Origin: Candidatus Woesearchaeota archaeon
Lineage (GTDB): Archaea; Nanobdellota; Nanobdellia; Woesearchaeales; ARS49
Direction of reading: 5' to 3'
NCBI GenBank assembly: GCA_016203225.1
Contig: JACQNC010000003.1
Coordinates: 2,537-66,536 of the forward strand
Length of the DNA: 64,000 nucleotides
The notes beneath the pieces are model-generated. The model had not been told where the DNA came from, searched no databases, and saw nothing but the letters and a program-made list of their open reading frames with translations. Positions 8,086 to 15,581 of this stretch are shown in pieces. Positions within the stretch are counted from its first letter, which is position 1. Every line of letters begins with the position of its first letter. A program made the position numbers and the translations under genes.

Positions 8086-8810
8086 CGTCCGCGCAACGCT
8101 CTCCAGAGCCTTGAGAAGAATCCCTCTTCCGTCGGCGGCGAAGTCGCGAGTTCTTCGGCGGGCGTGCAGGACGCAGGTGGCGCGATAGAGCACGAATTGA
8201 ACGTGTTGCCGTCGTCGCACGCGAAGATGAGACAGTTCCCATCCTGCGAGCGCCGGCATTCCACGCCCGCGGCCTTCACGCACTTGATAGTCGTGCAGCC
8301 ATCGCCTCCGACGAATGTCTGGGCAGTGAGGCCCTGCTTCTGGCAGAATGAGATGTCGTTCTGGAGGCGAGAATCGTCGCATTGCGCTTCCAGGCAGCGG
8401 ATATACACGCAGTTGCCTTGGTCAGTGAAAGTTTCAGCGGCTCGGCCGAGCTCCTCGCAGCGCACGCGCGCGTTGTCGACCTCCTGCTGCGTCTGACAAC
8501 GCAGGTCGGTGCAGCGCACGTATTCGCAATCGCGGGTGTCGATGTCGTAGATGGCCCGCAGTCCGCGATCGCGGCACGTCTGGACATCCTTATCGAGCTC
8601 CTGGCGCGAGGGACAGATGACCTCCACTTCGACGCAACGAACCGCACGGCAGCCCCGCGAGTCGGGATAATACGTGTAGTCATGTCCTTGCGCCCGGCAC
8701 TCGCGCGCCTGGTCCTCCAGTTCACTGTCCGGAGTGCACTGATATGTAGTCTGGGCAAGAACCGTAGGGAGAACCAGGAGCAAGACCGCGAACAATGAAA
8801 GTTGACGCAT
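8082..8810 (-). CDS. Secreted Cys-rich repeat protein (4 units), paralog of 8917..10017
   Basis: Starts at internal MRQLSLFAVLLLVLPTVLAQ signal peptide. Repeats of ~39 aa with 4 Cys each. C-terminal tail GFFSRLWRALRGR. Confidence 0.75.
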   Translation of the reverse strand: MRQLSLFAVLLLVLPTVLAQTTYQCTPDSELEDQARECRAQGHDYTYYPDSRGCRAVRCVEVEVICPSRQELDKDVQTCRDRGLRAIYDIDTRDCEYVRCTDLRCQTQQEVDNARVRCEELGRAAETFTDQGNCVYIRCLEAQCDDSRLQNDISFCQKQGLTAQTFVGGDGCTTIKCVKAAGVECRRSQDGNCLIFACDDGNTFNSCSIAPPASCTPAEELATSPPTEEGFFSRLWRALRGR

Positions 8811-8916
8811 AACGACACCTCGTTTTGTTCCTACTTGACTTATGAACTTTATAAAGTTTCCTGGAAGAAACCTATTTATACAGGAAGACGCTGGAACTCG
8901 TGAAAGAGGTGTCCGT

Positions 8917-10017
8917 ATGAGAAAGCTCAGCATCCTGTTTGTCGTGTTACTTCTCGTGATTCCTGCAGTACTCAGCCAGAACGATACAACCGCGTGTCCT
9001 TCCCGGGAGGAATTGGACAGCCACACCGAAAAATGCAAGGACGAGGGGCTCGAATCCTATAACTACACTGGTGCGGATAACTGCGCCTATGTCGCGTGCG
9101 ACAACGTCGGCGCGCCTACGGGCTGCCCAAACGAGGAATTCCTGCAAGACCAGGCGGATAAGTGCAAGGCCCGCGGGCTCGACTGGGAATACACGAAGGA
9201 CGAGGACGATTGCCTGCTCGTGCAGTGCAAGTCACCGCGTTGCCCGCCGGCAGAAGAGACAGATTCCGCTGTGAAGGAATGCCAAGAAAAGGGTTGGGTG
9301 CCAGCGACTTACTCTGATGATTTCGGCTGCAAGCGCGTCAAGTGCGAACAGCAATGCCCCGCGGACGACACGCGCGACGCGGCCATCAAGCGCTGCGAAG
9401 CGGAAGGGATGTCCTACCAGACCGGCGTCGACGACCAAGGATGCAAGGTCATCAAGTGCACCGAACGCGAATGCCCTGAGAAGGATTTCGTGGCTGAAGT
9501 CGAGGAATGCAAACGCCTCGGCCAACGGTACGAGACATACGAGGACGATCACGATTGCAAGCGCGTGCGCTGCATCGCGCCCGAAGAGGCCACGTGCAAG
9601 AAAACTGTCACCGACGACTGCGTGCAGGTCTCATGCAGCGACGGATACTACTACGATTCATGCAAGTTCCAGTGCGAGAAGCGCGAGGCCGAGTGCAAGG
9701 TCGAGAAGACCGACGACGGTTGCGTCATAAAGCACTGCGCCGACGGCTCGGAGTCGAAGCACTGCCGCGATGACGAAGGCTGCACCGCGTCGAAGGACGA
9801 CGATGGCTGCGAAGTCATCGAATGCAATGACGGCCGGAAGGCTCGCAACTGCCCTGGCGATGCGAAACTCGATTGCGAGACGAAAACAGAAGGCGACTGC
9901 GAGGTCACGACCTGCGCGGACGGCACCGAAATCACGATCTGTCCTGGTGAGGGAGAGGTGACCCCCGGCTTCTTCGGCGGGCTCGGGAACTTCTTCCGCA
10001 GACTGTTCGGAGGATAG
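8917..10017 (+). CDS. Secreted Cys-rich repeat protein (5 units plus Cys/Asp-rich C-terminal region)
   Basis: Signal peptide MRKLSILFVVLLLVIPAVLSQ. Units follow CP-x(10-12)-C-x(14-15)-C-x4-C. Tail GFFGGLGNFFRRLFGG. Confidence 0.8.
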   Translation: MRKLSILFVVLLLVIPAVLSQNDTTACPSREELDSHTEKCKDEGLESYNYTGADNCAYVACDNVGAPTGCPNEEFLQDQADKCKARGLDWEYTKDEDDCLLVQCKSPRCPPAEETDSAVKECQEKGWVPATYSDDFGCKRVKCEQQCPADDTRDAAIKRCEAEGMSYQTGVDDQGCKVIKCTERECPEKDFVAEVEECKRLGQRYETYEDDHDCKRVRCIAPEEATCKKTVTDDCVQVSCSDGYYYDSCKFQCEKREAECKVEKTDDGCVIKHCADGSESKHCRDDEGCTASKDDDGCEVIECNDGRKARNCPGDAKLDCETKTEGDCEVTTCADGTEITICPGEGEVTPGFFGGLGNFFRRLFGG

Positions 10018-10070
10018 TCACTGGACAATAGCGCGTCATCCTTTTATAGCGGACGCGTTGTGCCGCGAGC

Positions 10071-10856
10071 ATGCTTCGCCAGAGTTTCATCTTCCTACCG
10101 GGAGTGGGAGAACACAGGGAGCGCCAGCTATGGCAACGCGTGGCAGACTGGAACTCGTTCCTTGACGCAAAAAGATTGCCGGGATTCTCTGAACGTATAA
10201 AGCACGGCCATGACCAGACCATCCTCCGCCTCAAGGACGCGATCTACGCGGACGACACGGCAGCACTCGCGAACGCGTTCCCTTCTGTCGAACACTGGAG
10301 GATGTATCCGGATTACCGCGACGAGGCTGCGTTCCTCGACATCGAGACCGGTCCGGCGGGAGACGTGAGCATGGTCGGCGTGTTCGACGGCCGCGAGACG
10401 AAGACGTTCGTGCAAGGAGTCAATCTTGACAGACAGACGCTGCTCGACGAATTGCAGCGATACAAACTACTCGTGACCTTCAACGGCAAAAGTTTCGACG
10501 TGCCTGTGCTGAAGCGATGGTTCAGGCTACCTTTCACGATGCCGCACGTGGATCTGCGGCACGTGTGCGCATCTATCGGGTTGACCGGCGGTTTGAAGAC
10601 CATCGAGAAGACCATGGACATCAAGCGTCCTGAGAGCATCAAGCACGTGACAGGACAAGACGCCGCCGAGCTGTGGCGTTGCTGGAAGGCGACGCGCGAC
10701 AAGGACTTCTTCGACATGCTCGTGACGTACAACGAGGAGGACTGCGTCAATCTGAAGACAATCGCGGACAGGGTTGTGCCGCAGCTTTGGAATTCCGTCC
10801 GAAGAAAGGATGTTGTCGTCGGAAAGTTTCCGGAAAACTCACCACAGCACACATAA
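10071..10856 (+). CDS. RNase H-like 3'-5' exonuclease superfamily protein (YprB/COG3359-like)
   Basis: N-terminal LPGVGEHRERQLW HhH-like segment, FLDIET acidic motif, NGKSFDVPVL and YNEEDC, typical of PolB-exo-like RNase H fold proteins. Confidence 0.7.
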   Translation: MLRQSFIFLPGVGEHRERQLWQRVADWNSFLDAKRLPGFSERIKHGHDQTILRLKDAIYADDTAALANAFPSVEHWRMYPDYRDEAAFLDIETGPAGDVSMVGVFDGRETKTFVQGVNLDRQTLLDELQRYKLLVTFNGKSFDVPVLKRWFRLPFTMPHVDLRHVCASIGLTGGLKTIEKTMDIKRPESIKHVTGQDAAELWRCWKATRDKDFFDMLVTYNEEDCVNLKTIADRVVPQLWNSVRRKDVVVGKFPENSPQHT

Positions 10857-10870
10857 AGAATTCTTACGTC

Positions 10871-11047
10871 ATGAAGGGCATGGCAAAAAAGAAGTCAGCG
10901 GAGAAATGCCCTGTGGACGCGATGATGGAGCACATCTCGAAAGATGCGGTAGTGAAGAAAGTGGAGCTTAAGATGTCTCCTGAAGAATCCAAGGTGTTTT
11001 ATCGCTGGTTCAAGTTCATCGGCACGAAACGGATAACTCATGGATGA
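10871..11047 (+). CDS. Small hypothetical protein (58 aa)
   Basis: ATG-initiated part of ORF 10673..11047 lying in the intergenic space. Lys-rich, no family, AT-richer segment. Confidence 0.3.
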   Translation: MKGMAKKKSAEKCPVDAMMEHISKDAVVKKVELKMSPEESKVFYRWFKFIGTKRITHG

Positions 11048-11228
11048 ACCAACCATTTCATTCGGGCTTTCGTTTCATCTTTCTCCCGGAGAAGACGGAC
11101 TCAAGAAGCGGGTGAAATTCATCAATGAAGGAGTGCCGCGTGAAGTGGTCTTGACGCTCATCCGCAGCTGGCTCAGGCACGAGAACGATGACTATCAGAA
11201 ATCATTCGATGCGTCATTCAACGACTAA
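11040..11228 (+). CDS. Small hypothetical protein (62 aa)
   Basis: ORF overlaps the previous small ORF by 8 nt. No recognisable family. Confidence 0.3.
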   Translation: MDEPTISFGLSFHLSPGEDGLKKRVKFINEGVPREVVLTLIRSWLRHENDDYQKSFDASFND

Positions 11229-11269
11229 TGCAAATATTTTTAATCCCCTCTTTTCTCCCATGATACAAC

Positions 11270-11584
11270 ATGCAGGGCAAGGCTAAGGCAAGGACGCAAC
11301 GCAAGAAGGGTCTTGCGCTCGCAGGATTCCTGTTCGGCATCCTGGGGCTTCTCGGCTTCTGGATACCGATCCTTGGCACCCTGCTTACGCTCTTCGCGGT
11401 CATCCTTTCGAAGATGGCATTGAGCTGCATCAAACAGTGCCCCGGCGTCTACGGCGGCCAAGCGCTCGCGGTCGCGGGATTCTTCCTGGGCCTGATCTTC
11501 CTGATCGCCAGCATACTGATGTTCATAGTGGTCGCAGGCATCTTCATGCTCGGATTCATAACAGGGAAATTATTGGTGTTCTAG
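11270..11584 (+). CDS. DUF4190-like small membrane protein
   Basis: Basic N-terminus then Gly/Leu/Phe-rich TM helices (GFLFGILGLLGFWIPILG). Confidence 0.6.
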   Translation: MQGKAKARTQRKKGLALAGFLFGILGLLGFWIPILGTLLTLFAVILSKMALSCIKQCPGVYGGQALAVAGFFLGLIFLIASILMFIVVAGIFMLGFITGKLLVF

Positions 11585-12283
11585 AGAGAAATACATCCTT
11601 CTGTTATTCTTCCCCTTGTTCTCCAACGAAATGACCTTGATCGTGCCGATCTCGTTCGCGTCCTTGACGTGCGTGCCGCCGTCGGCCTGTTCGTCTATGT
11701 CGCCTATCTTCACGATGCGGAGTTCGGCTATCGAAGGCGGCAAGGCTCCGGCGAGCTTCACGAGGTGAGGGACCGCCATCGCGGCTTCGCGCTTCATCGA
11801 AGATATCGTGACAGGCGCGCCCTTTGCGATGGATGCGTTCGCCTCCGCGACGTAGCGCTCTATGGCAGCCTTGTCGAACTGGTCGAGATTGAAGTCGATC
11901 CGCGACCTCTCGACATCGAGTTGGTTGCCCGTTATCAACGCGCCGGTATGCTTGTTGATTATGGCGCAAAGGATGTGCGCAGCCGTGTGCATGCGCATTA
12001 GTTTGTAGCGTCTTTCCCAGTCGATGCTGCACAGCACCTCGTCGCCGACGGCAAGACCGCCTTGGTCGACCTCATGGACCATCTGACCGTTCTCTTTCTT
12101 GACGAGCGTGACCGCGAATTCCTTGCCGTCGCTCTCGCGCACGAGCGCGCCGGTGTCGGTCGGCTGGCCGCCGCCGCTCGGATAGAATACCGTGTCGGTG
12201 AGCACGACATGGTTCGCGTCGATGACCGCAGCGACGGACGTGCGGAGCTGTTTCGCGTAGCTGTCCAGAAGGTAGGCTTGCAT
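11570..12283 (-). CDS. alaX: Alanyl-tRNA editing protein AlaX (AlaXM type)
   Basis: 237 aa from internal Met. Motifs TVFYPSGGGQPTDTG, MRMHTAAHIL and ADGGTHV match the AlaRS editing domain (HxxxH ... CxxxH-like site). Confidence 0.85.
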   Translation of the reverse strand: MQAYLLDSYAKQLRTSVAAVIDANHVVLTDTVFYPSGGGQPTDTGALVRESDGKEFAVTLVKKENGQMVHEVDQGGLAVGDEVLCSIDWERRYKLMRMHTAAHILCAIINKHTGALITGNQLDVERSRIDFNLDQFDKAAIERYVAEANASIAKGAPVTISSMKREAAMAVPHLVKLAGALPPSIAELRIVKIGDIDEQADGGTHVKDANEIGTIKVISLENKGKNNRRMYFSLEHQ

Positions 12284-12284
12284 C

Positions 12285-12962
12285 TCAGTGCTTGCGCTCG
12301 CGCGTCCCGATCGCGTAGCCGAATATAGCGGACAACGATGCAGCGAAGATGACGCTCCTGTAATTGTCGTGAAACCTTCCTCCATCGATGGGGCCCAGCA
12401 TGAGTCCGAACAGGAGCGCCAGCGCGGCCATCGCGGAGATCCTCACCGAAGAGGGGGGCTGATGGACTGGCTCGACAGGCATGGGCTCGATCTCGTTCCT
12501 GCGCCGCGCCTCCAACGCCCGCAGGAGCTCCGCATGCGTCGCATCGTACGCTTGCCGGGCAGTGCGGAAACCGAGCGCGCCGCCAGGGACGCCATACACG
12601 ACCTCGCTCAAAGTGAGCCCGGTGGACGGCCCCGGAGTGCGCCATTCATCCCACGTCTGCAACACCTCGCGAACGAGATACGTCCGGAGCGAGTGCGAGA
12701 AACGACCGAGTTCACCCGAAGGAAGCCCCGATCTGGCGACGCGAAGATCTATCCAGCGCTCGAGACGGTCACACCTGCGTTCGACAGCATATTCTGGAGC
12801 ATTGCGCTTGATCGCCTCTTCGAGAACGCCCGCTTTCTGGAGCAGCGACTCGTGCGTATCATTCCGTTCGATGCTGTTCATCAACTCACCGAACGGATGT
12901 GGTTTCCCTGATTTATATTCTTTCCGGCATAGAATAGATTTAAATAGCACCGAATCGGCCAA
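12285..12962 (-). CDS. Hypothetical protein with C-terminal TM helices
   Basis: 225-aa ORF (alternative Met at 12881). Its stop abuts the alaX start, so it is probably co-transcribed. No family recognised. Confidence 0.5.
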   Translation of the reverse strand: MADSVLFKSILCRKEYKSGKPHPFGELMNSIERNDTHESLLQKAGVLEEAIKRNAPEYAVERRCDRLERWIDLRVARSGLPSGELGRFSHSLRTYLVREVLQTWDEWRTPGPSTGLTLSEVVYGVPGGALGFRTARQAYDATHAELLRALEARRRNEIEPMPVEPVHQPPSSVRISAMAALALLFGLMLGPIDGGRFHDNYRSVIFAASLSAIFGYAIGTRERKH

Positions 12963-12968
12963 CGCAGT

Positions 12969-13754
12969 ATGAGAAGAGGTGCGTTCAAGGAGTCTACCGT
13001 AGTGCTCTTTTTGGTCGTCCTGTTAATGATCACGCTCGGACTGTTCATCACGAAGCCCGGCGGAGAGAAAGGCATCGTCGCCATCAGCGACATCTCGTAT
13101 GTCGTGTTCGCGGCAATAGCAGCGATCGCGGGCATAATGGCTGCCAGGGTCTACAGGACCAAGAGCCCCCAGGGCAAGCTGTTGCTGTTGCTCACGATGG
13201 TCCCTGTCTTCGGTGCGATCGCGGGATCGATCTGGGCCTGGTACGAGGTGGGTCTCGGCATCCTGAGCCCGTTCCCGTCAGTGGCTGACTGGTTCTGGCT
13301 ATTGTTCTATGTCTTCGGTTTCGTAGCGTTCGGTTACGCGCTGAGCAAGCTCTGGAAATACATCAAGACTTGGCACCTTCTGGTCGCAGGTATCACCGCA
13401 CTCATTTTGACCTGGGGTGCATACCTTTTCGCATTGAAGGATATCTTCACGAACGCGGCAGACTCCAGCTTTGCGGAAGTCTTCTTCGGTGCCATGTATC
13501 CTGTCGGGGATATAATCCTGATCGGGATGGCCGTATTGATGTTCCTGACATTGCGCAAGGGAGTCTTCGGCGAGTCCTGGAGGACTTTCACGGTCGCGCT
13601 CACCATCTACGGCGTCGCGGACCTGGTCTACGGCTACCAGTTGTTCGTCGGCACGTACAAATCAGGCGGCCTGATCGACCTGCTATGGCCTGTGGGCAAC
13701 GCGCTCATAGCATACGCGTTCTACCAACAGATAAAGGCAGTGCAGCCCGCCTAG
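12969..13754 (+). CDS. Hypothetical polytopic membrane protein
   Basis: 261 aa with ~7 TM helices. No family recognised. Confidence 0.6.
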   Translation: MRRGAFKESTVVLFLVVLLMITLGLFITKPGGEKGIVAISDISYVVFAAIAAIAGIMAARVYRTKSPQGKLLLLLTMVPVFGAIAGSIWAWYEVGLGILSPFPSVADWFWLLFYVFGFVAFGYALSKLWKYIKTWHLLVAGITALILTWGAYLFALKDIFTNAADSSFAEVFFGAMYPVGDIILIGMAVLMFLTLRKGVFGESWRTFTVALTIYGVADLVYGYQLFVGTYKSGGLIDLLWPVGNALIAYAFYQQIKAVQPA

Positions 13755-14405
13755 TCACTTCCACTTCTTGACCCCTTTGCGTCCGCAGAACTCGAACACA
13801 GGACACTGCGAGCATTTCGGCGTTCCGGGCGTGCAGATGGTCTTGCCGTGTGCGACGAGCGTGTCGTTTACGACCTGCCAGTGTTTTTTCGGGACGAGCT
13901 TCGTGAGCGCCTCTTCTGTCTTTTCAGGCGTCTTTGTTCTCACCCAGCCAAGCCGGTTGCTTATGCGGTGGACGTGCGTGTCCACGGGTATCGCGTCTTT
14001 GCCGAAACTGTAGACCAAGACGCAGTTCGCGACCTTCCGTCCGACGCCGGGAAGCTCGATGAGCTGCTCCAACGTGTCAGGGACTTTGCCGTTGAACCTT
14101 TCCAACAACATCTTCGAAGCGTTGATGACGTTCTTGCTCTTTGCGTTGTAGAAACCGATACTGCGGATGATCCTGATGACGTCTTTTTGTTTTGCGCGCG
14201 CGAGCGCTTTCGCGTCAGGATAGCGCTCGAACAATCGTCCCGCGAGGACTTCCGTGACCTCGTCCTTCGCGCGGGCGCTCATTATCGTGCTGATGAGCAC
14301 CTTGAACGGCGCGTATTTCTTTCCCATGCGCCCGAGCATGGTGCTCGTGCCTTGCGTCTGGACAAGGATGCGAAGGACCTTGTCGATTTCGCTGTGAGTT
14401 ACCAT
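13755..14405 (-). CDS. nth: Endonuclease III (HhH-GPD, 4Fe-4S)
   Basis: LPGVGRKVANCVL HhH motif, catalytic-region DTHV, and C-terminal cluster CTPGTPKCSQCPVFEFC. Confidence 0.9.
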   Translation of the reverse strand: MVTHSEIDKVLRILVQTQGTSTMLGRMGKKYAPFKVLISTIMSARAKDEVTEVLAGRLFERYPDAKALARAKQKDVIRIIRSIGFYNAKSKNVINASKMLLERFNGKVPDTLEQLIELPGVGRKVANCVLVYSFGKDAIPVDTHVHRISNRLGWVRTKTPEKTEEALTKLVPKKHWQVVNDTLVAHGKTICTPGTPKCSQCPVFEFCGRKGVKKWK

Positions 14406-14767
14406 TCAACCTCGAAGAAGTTCAGCTTGCCTTTCAGGGGCTTGGGCGTGATGCGTTTGACGTCCTTCAGCAGGTAACCGTAACGTTTCTTTGTCCATTC
14501 GCTGAGGGCAAGATGCCTGTCCGCGTCCTCGTCCCAGGCAGTTTTGGTGTCGTAGGTCTTGATATCAGTGATGCTGGCCTCGCCGACGATGCAGCCGTAT
14601 GGAAGATCGGCGAAACCGAATGCCGCCATAGCCGCCTTGTTCGGGGTTTTTGATGCATGAATCAGGAACTTTCCGCGGAAGGACGTCTTCCAGGTGCGGG
14701 TCTCGATGGTCTTCTTGCCTTGCAGGATAAGCTCGGCCCATGGTTGCTTCAGCGAGAGCGCTTTCAC
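14399..14767 (-). CDS. ASCH domain protein
   Basis: GTG start at 14767, preceded by GGAGG and overlapping the ogg stop (GTGA). LSLKQPWAELILQGKKTIETR is a typical ASCH N-terminus. Overlaps the nth start. Confidence 0.75.
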   Translation of the reverse strand: MKALSLKQPWAELILQGKKTIETRTWKTSFRGKFLIHASKTPNKAAMAAFGFADLPYGCIVGEASITDIKTYDTKTAWDEDADRHLALSEWTKKRYGYLLKDVKRITPKPLKGKLNFFEVEW

Positions 14768-15543
14768 AGTGTCCTCCGCCAGTGATACAGGTACTGCTGT
14801 GCGTAGCCCGCAAGCGCGCCCCAACGTTGTTTCGCGAAGTCCCTGACGTCCCGCTCCTTCATGCTTTTGCCTTCGAAATAGAGCTCCTCTATGACCCTCT
14901 TTATCCACACGTCTACGGGAAAAGCCTCGGTCTTGTCCAGACTGAAAAGGCAGATGCAGTCGGCAACCTTCTCGCCGATGCCGGGGAGCTCCATCAGTCT
15001 GGCCTTCGCTTCAGCGTACGGTAACCGTTTCAGCGCATTCAGGGAACGGTCATCGACAAGCTTGTTGGCCTCGAAGATGTACTTGGAGCGGTAACCTGTG
15101 CTGCACGACTTGATCCTTGGATGGTCATCGATATCTCCCGGGCAAGGGAACGCGCCACTCTCTCCGAAACATTCCGTGAGTTTCCTCAGATTGAGCTGTA
15201 TCTTCTTGATGTTGCTGAAGGAACTGCACAGGAACGAGACGGTGCACTCCCAAGGGTCCTGACGGACGATGTGGATGCCGGGGTAGGCTTTGATCGCTGT
15301 CCTGAGCATCGCGTCCTTGGAGAGCTTGCGCTTTATCGCGGCGTAGTCGACGTCGAGCCCGAAGAATGACGTGAGGAACGCCGCTGTTACGCCTGAGAAC
15401 TCTAGAAAGTCACCTTCCTGACTGACGAAGAAGGACTTGTCGCGGTGCGCGATCCTGTATCCGTCGCCTTCCTTGCTCCAGCGGAAAAGCTGTCCCGACT
15501 CTACCGTGCTGGCGAGGTCGAAGTCCTTTGCCCCCAATCGCAT
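14764..15543 (-). CDS. ogg: 8-oxoguanine DNA glycosylase / AP lyase, Ogg1-like
   Basis: SGQLFRW and LPGIGEKVADCICLFSLDKTEAFPVDVWIKR match the Ogg1 HhH-GPD Lys/Asp region. Confidence 0.85.
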   Translation of the reverse strand: MRLGAKDFDLASTVESGQLFRWSKEGDGYRIAHRDKSFFVSQEGDFLEFSGVTAAFLTSFFGLDVDYAAIKRKLSKDAMLRTAIKAYPGIHIVRQDPWECTVSFLCSSFSNIKKIQLNLRKLTECFGESGAFPCPGDIDDHPRIKSCSTGYRSKYIFEANKLVDDRSLNALKRLPYAEAKARLMELPGIGEKVADCICLFSLDKTEAFPVDVWIKRVIEELYFEGKSMKERDVRDFAKQRWGALAGYAQQYLYHWRRTL

Positions 15544-15581
15544 ACCCTCGCCCTGGACAAAGGGTTACTTAAACGTTACGC

